DNA from: Candidatus Latescibacterota bacterium
GTDB lineage: Bacteria; Latescibacterota; UBA2968; UBA8231
NCBI GenBank assembly: GCA_965248265.1
Contig: CBDFJF010000002.1
Location: 1,184,001 to 1,248,000, forward strand
Length of the DNA stretch: 64,000 bases
Direction: 5' to 3'
The translations under genes and the position numbers were made by a program. The notes below the pieces were generated by a model. It searched no databases, was not told the origin of the DNA, and was given only the letters and a program-made list of their open reading frames with translations. Below are positions 9,920 through 18,619 of this stretch, in pieces. Each line of letters starts with the position of its first letter. Position 1 is the first letter of the stretch.

Positions 9920-10678
9920 GTGAACGTCCTCACCGACTTCGACCACGAATTCTTTTACCAGCATGGCTTTGTCGTTCTGGAGGGTCTGCTGACGCGCGAC
10001 GAGTTGCGCGAATACCTCGAGCTCTTCGAGGAAGACCGCCGCAAAGTGAAACTGCGCTGGCCCCTCCGCGGCACTCAGAGATGCAACTGTGACGCCCTCA
10101 TCACCACGCCCGAGTTTGACCGCGTCATTCGCCACCCGTTGATATTGGGGGCGACCGTCGAGCTCATGGGCGGTCCCGTCTGTTTTGGCGAGCTGTGCGC
10201 GCGCCAGATGGACCCGCTCGTACGTGCAACAAAAAAGGGCTGGCACCGCGACAAGCCGCATTGGCCCGAGCATCCGCTGCGCATGGATTTCATTCAGCTG
10301 ATGCTCTACCTGACGGATGTCGACGAGACCACACACTGCTTCTCGATCTCACCGGAAGCAGTCGACGAGCCGATTCTCGACGACAATGCCCGACAGGTCA
10401 AGCACCGCGGTGCCATCGACATTCATGGTCCGGCGGGCACGGTCTGCCTGTTCAACGTGTCGGTCCTGCACCGCGCCAACGTCCGCAAGGCCGGCGGGGA
10501 GCGCAAATCCCTGCAGGCCTATTACGGCCATCGGCATCGTCCCTACCTGGCTAATGACTCCATTGTCCCCCCGATGTTCTTCAACGACCCCGATCCGGAA
10601 GCACGTGCCTTCTACGGCAATATCAATGAGATCACCCGCATCTACCTGCGCGGGTTTGGAATGGAAGAGCCCAAATAA
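9920..10678 (+). CDS. PhyH-like dioxygenase
   Basis: FFYQHGFVVLE, GWHRD, GPAGTVCLFNVSVLH, ERKS. Confidence 0.88.
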   Translation: MNVLTDFDHEFFYQHGFVVLEGLLTRDELREYLELFEEDRRKVKLRWPLRGTQRCNCDALITTPEFDRVIRHPLILGATVELMGGPVCFGELCARQMDPLVRATKKGWHRDKPHWPEHPLRMDFIQLMLYLTDVDETTHCFSISPEAVDEPILDDNARQVKHRGAIDIHGPAGTVCLFNVSVLHRANVRKAGGERKSLQAYYGHRHRPYLANDSIVPPMFFNDPDPEARAFYGNINEITRIYLRGFGMEEPK

Positions 10679-11506
10679 ATGAGCGAACATCCGACCTTCA
10701 CTCCCGATCAGAAAAACGAATCTCTCGATTTCTTCGTCGATCAGAACTATGTCGTCGTCACCGACGCCCTGCCGCCGGCGAACCTGGAAGTCCTGCGCGC
10801 GTTCGTCGACCGCTCCGAGCGTGACACCTCGCGCGAGTGGGGTCCCGACAAGCTCGGCTGCCGCTCGCACGCCCAGATCCTGGTCTATCACCCCGAGCTC
10901 GACGAGCACGTGCGCCCGGTGGTCGCCCAGGGCCTGGTCGACGAGATCATGGGGCCGGACACGCGTTTTGCCCAGTTCGACTTCCGCGATCTCTGGGAGG
11001 GAGTGACCGAAGGCCAACCGATGCGCTGGCATGGAGACCGCCCCTACGTCCCGCGCGACGCCGACGACCCCAACACCCGCTACGACTGCAACTACGTTTG
11101 CGCAATCCACTACTTGTTCGATGTCGGTGACGAGCAGCCCTGTTTCGGCCTGGTGCCCAACAGCCACCACTGCACCAGCTTCGACGAGGCCCAGGAGAAG
11201 ATGGGAGACGCTTTCCGGATTGTGCCCATCCGTGGACCGGCGGGAACGGTCGTCCTCTACAACATCGCCATTCAGCACACCCGCATGCTGGGCCGGGGCC
11301 GCCGCCTGACTCAGCACAACTACTTCAGCCGCGAGCAGAGCAAGTCGCTGACCAACTGGGTCATGCTGCCCAGGCGCCTGACCGAGCACGACGACCCTGA
11401 GATGCGCACCTTCTACAGTCAGTGGACGGACGCCACGCGAGCTTTTGCTGCATCCGGATACGCCGACGAATACTATGAGGCCAATGTCCTGGACAAGCCC
11501 ACATGA
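10679..11506 (+). CDS. PhyH-like dioxygenase
   Basis: Abuts the previous stop; RWHGD, LVPNSH, GPAGTVVLYN..IQH. Confidence 0.88.
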   Translation: MSEHPTFTPDQKNESLDFFVDQNYVVVTDALPPANLEVLRAFVDRSERDTSREWGPDKLGCRSHAQILVYHPELDEHVRPVVAQGLVDEIMGPDTRFAQFDFRDLWEGVTEGQPMRWHGDRPYVPRDADDPNTRYDCNYVCAIHYLFDVGDEQPCFGLVPNSHHCTSFDEAQEKMGDAFRIVPIRGPAGTVVLYNIAIQHTRMLGRGRRLTQHNYFSREQSKSLTNWVMLPRRLTEHDDPEMRTFYSQWTDATRAFAASGYADEYYEANVLDKPT

Positions 11507-11559
11507 TCATGGATGTGATCACTTCGTGATCACATCTGAGCGAAGGAGAGACCGCAGAG

Positions 11560-12444
11560 ATGGCGATGGTGAGCATGACCCAGGTCAGACCGCTGGAAGA
11601 CTCGACCTATCTGCTGGGTGATCCCGCTGCTCTGAGGTCGCGAGCTGAGGAGGAAGGGGCGCTGTTTTTCCGCGGACTCCTCGACAACGACTCCGTCCTC
11701 AGTGTCCGGCGTCAGATTCTCGAAGTGTGTGCATCACACGGCTGGGTGAATCCAGGATCCGACCCGATGCAGGGAATCGCCAATCCCAACGTGACAGTGG
11801 GAGAGAGTCAGGATCCGCGGTGGCGCGCCTTCTATGGGGATGTTCAGAAATTGCGCGACTTCCACGCTCTCGCACTGCATTCGGCCATAATCGGGGTCCT
11901 CGAGACCTTGTTCGGCGAGTCGGTCCTACCCCACAGCCGAAACATCTGCCGGCTGGTTTTTCCCGGTTCGGCGGAATTCTCGACGCCACCCCATCAAGAC
12001 AACCTCTATATAGGAGGCTCGCAACAAACCTGGACGGTGTGGATACCAGGAGGAGACTGTCCCGTGGCTCTCGGGGGATTGGCCTTTGCGACCGGTTCGC
12101 ACACGGCGGGCCAATTGGCAACACGGGCGGCCGTCGGACCGGGTGGGAGCCAGGTCGACGTCGATGAGGAGACCGCGTGGATGGGTGGCGATTATTTAGC
12201 GGGCGATGCCGTGTTCCTTCACAGTCTTGCCATCCACCAGGGGCGGGACAACGACTCCGGCAATCTCCTGCGGGTTTCGTGCGACTACAGGTATCAGCCG
12301 CGATCGCATCCGGTGCGGGAGGATTCCCTCCTGCCACACATGGGTTGGCAGTCCTGGGAGGAGATCTATTCGAACTGGGACCAAGACGATTCGATGAAGT
12401 ACTACTGGAATGACTGGAATCTGGATGTGGTTGCCAGGGGGTGA
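11560..12444 (+). CDS. PhyH-like dioxygenase
   Basis: EEGALFFRGLL, TPPHQD, WTVWIP, GSH, GDAVFLHSLAIH, RVSCDYRYQ. Confidence 0.92.
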   Translation: MAMVSMTQVRPLEDSTYLLGDPAALRSRAEEEGALFFRGLLDNDSVLSVRRQILEVCASHGWVNPGSDPMQGIANPNVTVGESQDPRWRAFYGDVQKLRDFHALALHSAIIGVLETLFGESVLPHSRNICRLVFPGSAEFSTPPHQDNLYIGGSQQTWTVWIPGGDCPVALGGLAFATGSHTAGQLATRAAVGPGGSQVDVDEETAWMGGDYLAGDAVFLHSLAIHQGRDNDSGNLLRVSCDYRYQPRSHPVREDSLLPHMGWQSWEEIYSNWDQDDSMKYYWNDWNLDVVARG

Positions 12445-12528
12445 GTCAGCCTGGCATCCATGGATGACAGATGGCCTTGGCCGGGATTCCTGATCTCGCC
12501 ACATTAGATGTATGAAAACGACAGATGC

Positions 12529-12732
12529 ATGAAAACGACAATTGATATTCCCGAAGAGCTTCTCTGAGAAGCTATGGAGTTCACGGGCGCCAAAACCAAG
12601 CGGGAGGCCATCGTAACCGCCGTCAAGGATTACAACGACCGGAGAAAGATGGCCAGTCTCGTCAAACATCTCGGAACCTGTGAAGACCTGATGACCCCCA
12701 CTGAACTCGACCAGCTCAGGTTTAAGGACTGA
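12529..12732 (+). pseudogene. vapB: VapB-type antitoxin with in-frame TGA at codon 13
   Basis: Manual translation MKTTIDIPEELL*EAMEFTGAKTKREAIVTAVKDYNDRRKMASLVKHLG... Confidence 0.8.
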
Positions 12733-12734
12733 TC

Positions 12735-12839
12735 CACACCATTCCGCCAACGGATCTGGTCATTGCCGCCTGTGCCCGCCGCCACGGCGTCGAGCTCGAA
12801 CACCATGATTCTCATCTGGAGGCTGTCCAGGCCCTGTAG
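12735..12839 (+). pseudogene. vapC: C-terminal remnant of VapC PIN-domain toxin
   Basis: Manual translation HTIPPTDLVIAACARRHGVELEHHDSHLEAVQAL* matches the PIN C-terminal D.LIAA.A..H..L...D.H pattern; N-terminal part absent. Confidence 0.75.
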
Positions 12840-12860
12840 CCCGGTTCTCTCGCAAGGCAC

Positions 12861-12977
12861 ATGCTGAATGTAGAAATACTTGAACTGGGTGATGTTGAAA
12901 GAGCGGCAAGCGTGTTTCATCGCGACGGATTCGTCTGCGTCGCCACGTGGGCAGCAGTTGTGTCGATTCATCGTTGA
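12861..12977 (+). pseudogene. 5' stub of a PhyH-like dioxygenase
   Basis: MLNVEILELGDVERAASVFHRDGFVCV resembles PhyH N-termini (F.RDGF..V) and then stops. Confidence 0.6.
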
Positions 12978-12989
12978 AGACTAGTCCCC

Positions 12990-13544
12990 ATGCAGGAAGA
13001 CAACATCGCAGTGAAGATGGTCCGCCCCGATTTGGACCACCTGCCCAGCTACGAGACCCCCAGCCCCTTCAGCATTCGGCGCTACCGCCCCGGGGACGAG
13101 CAGGCGTGGCGGCAGATCCACATCGAGGCCGATGCCTACATGGCTTTTCCGGACTCCAGGTTTGTTGAGCAGTTCGGCATTGACGAAGATCGCATTCGCG
13201 AGAACCAGTTTTACCTGTGCGATGCTTCGGGATGTCCGGTGGGCACGGCAACTGCATGGCACTGCCGTGAGGAGGGACGAGCCCGGGATGACGGCCTGGT
13301 ACACTGGGTGGCCATCGTTCCGTCCCATCAGGGCAAGGGACTGTCCAGGCCGCTGCTTGTTGCCGTATGCCACCGGTTGCGTGAACGCGGCTTCGAGCGA
13401 GCATACCTCGACACTTCCTCGGCGCGGATCGCGGCACTGGCGCTCTACTTGTCCTTCGGCTTTACTCCCGATATCCGCGAGCCATCTCACCGGGCGGTGT
13501 GGACGCGGATATTGGACCGGCTAGGCAGACCGGGCCAGTTGTGA
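12990..13544 (+). CDS. GNAT family N-acetyltransferase
   Basis: VHWVAIVPSHQGKGL acetyl-CoA motif A; ALYLSFGF. Confidence 0.9.
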   Translation: MQEDNIAVKMVRPDLDHLPSYETPSPFSIRRYRPGDEQAWRQIHIEADAYMAFPDSRFVEQFGIDEDRIRENQFYLCDASGCPVGTATAWHCREEGRARDDGLVHWVAIVPSHQGKGLSRPLLVAVCHRLRERGFERAYLDTSSARIAALALYLSFGFTPDIREPSHRAVWTRILDRLGRPGQL

Positions 13545-13577
13545 TGTGACGTGGAGGCGCCTCCCTGAGGGGCTCAC

Positions 13578-14489
13578 TCACGAGGCGTGAGAGTCGGCGC
13601 GGTTCGAGCGATCGCGTAACTGGCTCAGACGGCGACCGAGCACGCGTAACTCCTCTTCGATCAGACCGATTTCATCGCCGACCGTGATCTGCCCGTCGTG
13701 CTCCAGATGTCGGCGTCGGTCTTCGGCCTCACGCTCCGCCTGGGCTTCCTCCATCGAATTGATGATGACGCCGATGAACAGATTCAGCATGATCATCGTA
13801 CCCAGCAGGACGAAAGAGACGAAGTAGGCGGCCCCGAGCAACGGCCGGGCGACGGACACTTCGACCTGATCGGCCAGGGCGAAGTCGGCGTATCCGGGGT
13901 ACACGGCACTGCCATACATCTGGATGTACATCACATCCGTCCAGTCCTCGAGCGTGACAACACGAAACAGGGTCAGCAGCGCGGTCGACAGAGCGTCGAA
14001 GTGCACCGGATCGTTGCCGCGAAACAGGAACACGCCGACAACGGCGTAGATGTAGAACAAGACGGTCAACAGCAGGCCGACATAGGCAAGCGATGGAATG
14101 GACTTGAGCAACGAGCCCACGAGCAGCTGCAATCGGGGTATGGCCGTGATCAGACGTAGTGCGCGCAGCACCCGGGCCAACCGGAACACGGCCGCATACT
14201 GGCCGCCGACAGGCAGGAAGCAGAACACGACGATGGCGAAATCGAACAGGTTCCAGGGGTCGGTGAAATACAGGTACCAGCGTCGTCCGTGCCGCAGGAT
14301 CTTGAGCGCCGCCTCGACGACGAACATCCACAGGACCACGGCATCGAGGGCATGCAGGATGTCGCCGTAGCGGACGACGAGATCGCGCGACGTCTCGAGC
14401 CCGATGAGAACGGCGGCCAGCATGATCACCGCCAGGATGAAGTTCTGGAACCCGCTGGAATCTACGAACTGCCCGAGTCGTACCGTCAT
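13578..14489 (-). CDS. Bacterial voltage-gated cation channel (BacNav-like, selectivity filter TLEDWTD)
   Basis: Six TM segments, WNLFDF, S4 FRLARVLRALRL, LFRVVTLEDWTD, NLFIGVII; GGAG upstream of MTVRLG. Confidence 0.92.
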   Translation of the reverse strand: MTVRLGQFVDSSGFQNFILAVIMLAAVLIGLETSRDLVVRYGDILHALDAVVLWMFVVEAALKILRHGRRWYLYFTDPWNLFDFAIVVFCFLPVGGQYAAVFRLARVLRALRLITAIPRLQLLVGSLLKSIPSLAYVGLLLTVLFYIYAVVGVFLFRGNDPVHFDALSTALLTLFRVVTLEDWTDVMYIQMYGSAVYPGYADFALADQVEVSVARPLLGAAYFVSFVLLGTMIMLNLFIGVIINSMEEAQAEREAEDRRRHLEHDGQITVGDEIGLIEEELRVLGRRLSQLRDRSNRADSHAS

Positions 14490-14685
14490 CTCACTCTCCG
14501 ACAAGCGTGGGCGAAAGAAGATACCCGCTGGCGACAACAGGGCAATGGCGATCCCTGTCCGGTCACCCACATGGCGCGATGCCGGTTGCATGACCGCCGT
14601 GGATTGACCTGGCCACTCTGGCCGTTGCAGGTTTGTGCAACCCGTCACGTCAGTGTGACTACTGTTTTCGAACCCGGAGGCACCT

Positions 14686-15567
14686 ATGGCAAGTTATTGG
14701 ATGGTCGGCATAGTTACCATGGAGGCGACCCCCTGGGCGCAAGAGGAGAATTTCGGGCGCATGGAGGAGTACGTCGGTGAAGCCGTCAGGCGCCGGGCGC
14801 AACTGGTGGTCGCACCCGAATCCGTGCTGGACGGTTACGTCTGTGGTGCGGATCCCGAGGTGACCAGGGAGCGCATGCTCGAGATTGCCCAGACGGTACC
14901 CGATGGCCCTTACCTTGCCCGCGGTGCCGAGTTGAGCCGCGAGTTGGGCATCGATCTCGTCTTCGGATTCCTGGAGCTGGACGGCGATGACCTGTTCAAT
15001 AGCTGCGTCCTGTTCGATCCGCAGGGACAGCTGATCGCCAAACACAGAAAGGTGCACACCGCGGGCGAAGCGTTTATCACGCCGGGTGGCGAACTCAGGC
15101 CGTTCGATACGCCCATGGGACGCATCGGATTCCTCATCTGCAAAGACCGGGAAGTGCCGGACAACTTCAATATGCTCGGCGTGCAGGGAGTGGATGCCGT
15201 GATCCTTCCGATGGACGGCTCGGGGGGCAAGGAGAACACGAGGAAATTGATCCAACGCGCCCAGGACAACTGCTGCTGGATCGTTGTGGCCAACACCTGG
15301 AGTGCCATCATCATCAGCCCCAGCGGCGAGGTCATGCTGGAGAAATACGAGTCGGAGTGCGTCAGTGTGCAGCGGGCCGATTTCAAGAGCCCACTCGATG
15401 GGCCTGGCCGAACGCGATTCAGTGAGCGTCGTTTCGACCTGTACTCTACCCTGGCGCAGTCGTTCGAAGCGGAGAAGTACTACGATGCCGAAGGCCGAGC
15501 GACTGACCTGGCCGAGGAATTCGGTCAGGAACATCGCAAGCAATTGAGAGAGCGAGCCGAACGATAG
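14686..15567 (+). CDS. Carbon-nitrogen hydrolase (nitrilase superfamily)
   Basis: E-K-C triad in APE, HRKVH, GFLICKD. Confidence 0.9.
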   Translation: MASYWMVGIVTMEATPWAQEENFGRMEEYVGEAVRRRAQLVVAPESVLDGYVCGADPEVTRERMLEIAQTVPDGPYLARGAELSRELGIDLVFGFLELDGDDLFNSCVLFDPQGQLIAKHRKVHTAGEAFITPGGELRPFDTPMGRIGFLICKDREVPDNFNMLGVQGVDAVILPMDGSGGKENTRKLIQRAQDNCCWIVVANTWSAIIISPSGEVMLEKYESECVSVQRADFKSPLDGPGRTRFSERRFDLYSTLAQSFEAEKYYDAEGRATDLAEEFGQEHRKQLRERAER

Positions 15568-15741
15568 CACGGAACCGTTTAGGCGTTATCAGGGTGTTTA
15601 TTGCTTATACTCCGTTCCGCACGGGCGACGTTCGCTGAAGGCTGAATGAGGCACGTCGCATCGAGGCTGACGGCTTGCTGATTCTGTGACCATACTGTTC
15701 GGTGCTGAACTGCGTGGTATAGCGGTTCCAGACCGCTGTTT

Positions 15742-17628
15742 ATGACGGGAAAAACCATGGGACGATCTAGCACATACGCTCTCTGCGTCTGGTTTTGCGT
15801 GGCCGGAGCGTCCACAGCATCGTCTGATCCAAAAGATGAGTTGGAGCTGTTCGAAGAGCTGCCCACGGTGATAACGGCGGCCCAGAGGGAACAGAAAATG
15901 GCGGAGGCACCGTCGACCATAGAGGTCTACGACCGCCAGTTCATCGACGAGACAGGCGTTGTGACGCTCGGCGAGCTTCTCCGTCTGGTTCCCGGTGTCG
16001 ACGTGCTGCTCGCCGAGGGCGGCTTGAGAGACGTCGTTCACATCAGAGGCGGTGGCGGCCGAGGTGCTTCCATGCTACTGATGGTCGATGGCGTAATCCT
16101 CAACCACCCCTATACCGCAATTGCCTACCTCGATGCCCGACTCCCGCTGGTTCAGGTCCAACAGATAGAGGTTGTTAGAGGCCCCGGCTCGTCGCTCTAT
16201 GGTGCCAACGCGACAGCCGGCATCGTCCATGTCATTACCCGAGGCTTTCCCGAAGTAGCGGAGCGCAACTTGTCAGCTTCGTACGGAGGGTTCGGTTCCG
16301 CTCACCTGAACGCTTCCTATGCACAGAACCGGTCCGTGACCCGGTTGAGTCTCAATCGCTCAGATGGCTATGCGGGAAATCGTATCAGCAAACGGGACAA
16401 ATTCGAGAGTCTCAGTGTCGCGACGCGTGTGGGTCTGAGCCCTGACATAACCGTTTCTGGGGGCCTTACGGCCGGAGAGATCGGTGTTCCCGGGATCGCA
16501 TCGGGGCCGCTGGAGAGGACGAAAGAGCAGCATGGAGACGGCTTTCTCAGCATGGCGTACAAACGCGACTGGACGAAGGCCATGTCATTGCACAGTGACA
16601 TCTACTACGCCCATTTCACGTCAACGTACTTCAGGGATGACGGAGAAGAGCGCGACACCGACGAAGGGCGCGGAGCGGCCAACTTGCGCCTCCACTACGA
16701 CTTGATGCCGACTCAGTCTGTGATGGTTGGAGTCGAGTACCGCACCGAGTCGGCCGAGTCGGACCTCGGGCCGGCAAACCGTGAGACCACAGGGAACGTG
16801 GCCCTTTTTGTGCAGGATGAGCTGCGGCTGGCCGACGATCGTATCTACGTCACCGCCGGCGGCCGCTGGGACCACCACAGCGTCTACGGCAGTGAGGTGT
16901 CCCCGCGGGCGGCGGCCATCTACTACGCAAGGCCCGATCTGTCCCTCAAAGCATCGTACGACCGCGCCTTCCGGGCGCCGTCTCTGTCCAACCTCTACAT
17001 CGACGATGCCATCTCACCAACCGTTACTCTCAAAGGCAACGAAGAGCTACAGCCTGAGCACATCGAGATGATCGACCTGGGGATCCGATTTCAACCGTAC
17101 GTGACGACGCTCCTCGAGACGTCCGTTTTTCTGACCGACGGATCGGACATTATCGGGATTGAGACGGAAGGCGACAGAAATGCGTTGATGGGTACCACGG
17201 TCAATAGAGACGAGATCGAGATAAAGGGGGCAGAGTTCAGTGTCCGACACCGACTGAGTGAGGACTTCAAGCTCAGAGTCAACTACACGTTCCTCGACGC
17301 AATGGATGTCACCCGCGACGCTGAGTTCTCAGATGTTGCCCGTCACAAAGCTCAGATCATCGGGACCGCGAAATTCGCCTCTCCGGTGCAGGCCACCGCC
17401 ACTATAAAGGCTCGCTATGTAGGGGCGAGGGATTTCGTGTTGAGAGGGGGTGCGCGCCAAAACAGCGATGCGTTCACCGCACTCGATTTGTTCGCGCGCG
17501 TGACTCCGATCGCCGATGTCCACGTCACGCTACAGGTCCGCAATCTCACGAACGCCGACTATCAGGAGTTCCTCGACCTGCCCCTTCCCCGCAGAACCTT
17601 CGAAATCGGACTCGAGTACGACTTCTGA
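15742..17628 (+). CDS. TonB-dependent receptor
   Basis: Plug motifs LLRLVPGV, LLMVDG, IEVVRGPGSSLYGANA; FRAPS; RNLTN..Y; C-terminal YDF. Confidence 0.93.
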   Translation: MTGKTMGRSSTYALCVWFCVAGASTASSDPKDELELFEELPTVITAAQREQKMAEAPSTIEVYDRQFIDETGVVTLGELLRLVPGVDVLLAEGGLRDVVHIRGGGGRGASMLLMVDGVILNHPYTAIAYLDARLPLVQVQQIEVVRGPGSSLYGANATAGIVHVITRGFPEVAERNLSASYGGFGSAHLNASYAQNRSVTRLSLNRSDGYAGNRISKRDKFESLSVATRVGLSPDITVSGGLTAGEIGVPGIASGPLERTKEQHGDGFLSMAYKRDWTKAMSLHSDIYYAHFTSTYFRDDGEERDTDEGRGAANLRLHYDLMPTQSVMVGVEYRTESAESDLGPANRETTGNVALFVQDELRLADDRIYVTAGGRWDHHSVYGSEVSPRAAAIYYARPDLSLKASYDRAFRAPSLSNLYIDDAISPTVTLKGNEELQPEHIEMIDLGIRFQPYVTTLLETSVFLTDGSDIIGIETEGDRNALMGTTVNRDEIEIKGAEFSVRHRLSEDFKLRVNYTFLDAMDVTRDAEFSDVARHKAQIIGTAKFASPVQATATIKARYVGARDFVLRGGARQNSDAFTALDLFARVTPIADVHVTLQVRNLTNADYQEFLDLPLPRRTFEIGLEYDF

Positions 17629-17631
17629 TTC

Positions 17632-18606
17632 ATGACTGACCTCTTACCAGCATTTGGCGACTCCATGAAGGGCGCATTGAAACACTCTGCCATGCGACTC
17701 TGCTGTGCCGTTGCCATCGTCATCTGCCTCGTAGTTCCGCTCCGCGCAGAGCAGTCGGTACTGGTGCTCAAGGAGGACGTCCCTCAATACAACGCCACGC
17801 TACAGAGTATCGAAGATGCTCTCTCCGAAACAACCGGAGAGTTTTCACTCGTCGTCGTCGATGTCGACACACTCGACACCGAGCTCGCCTCGTCTTACAC
17901 CGATCGGACCAGCGGTCCGATTCTGTCCATCGGAACTGAGCCCTCCGTATTCGCTGCCCAGACTTTTCCGGACCGCCCCCTCATCTACGCTATGGTCTTG
18001 AACCCGGGGCGGGATGAGCTTCTTGCGCTCGACGACGAACGGGTGATAACGGGCGTTTCGGCACGAGTCGATCCCTCAAGTCTCATCGAGTGCGTCGTGC
18101 GACTGAACGTCGGCCTGGAGACGATCGGCCTCGTCTACACGCCCGATTACTTCCAACAGTACGTGTCAGACTTGAGATCAGCCGCCGCGGAAGTGGAAAT
18201 TGGCATGGTGGCTCTTGAAGTCGAATCAAAAGACGAGTTCGTCGATCGATTCAACGAGGTCCTCAACTCCGGCATCGATTGCTTCGTGATCCTGCCGGAT
18301 TTCGACATTTACGAGCCGAGCACCATCGAGTATGTCCTCATCAACACATTCAGGCGAGATGTGCCCTGCCTGGGACCGTCACACGCCGTTGTGGAATCGG
18401 GCGCGCTGTGGGGATTGAGCATTCATCCCCCCAGCATCGGTAGACAGGCGGTGGGGATGCTGATCAGATACCTTGCGGGCGAACCAGTCCCGCCGGAGTA
18501 CTCGAAGCGCAATGTGTTCAGCTTCAATCCACTGACAGCGGAGAGTCTGGGCGTCCGGATCGGGATTGCCGATCTCGATGGGACCAGCGCGATACTGCCT
18601 GAATAG
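17632..18606 (+). CDS. Periplasmic ABC-type substrate-binding-like protein
   Basis: Hydrophobic signal segment, PLIYAMVLNP, ITGVS, IGLVY, FNPLTAESLGV; true start may be slightly downstream. Confidence 0.75.
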   Translation: MTDLLPAFGDSMKGALKHSAMRLCCAVAIVICLVVPLRAEQSVLVLKEDVPQYNATLQSIEDALSETTGEFSLVVVDVDTLDTELASSYTDRTSGPILSIGTEPSVFAAQTFPDRPLIYAMVLNPGRDELLALDDERVITGVSARVDPSSLIECVVRLNVGLETIGLVYTPDYFQQYVSDLRSAAAEVEIGMVALEVESKDEFVDRFNEVLNSGIDCFVILPDFDIYEPSTIEYVLINTFRRDVPCLGPSHAVVESGALWGLSIHPPSIGRQAVGMLIRYLAGEPVPPEYSKRNVFSFNPLTAESLGVRIGIADLDGTSAILPE

Positions 18607-18619
18607 GGGCATTTGAAAC

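Noticed and set aside
12565-12567. Selenocysteine or readthrough at the vapB TGA
   Set aside because: Not a Cys-type position, no evident SECIS, and the partner toxin is deleted; a nonsense mutation is simpler.
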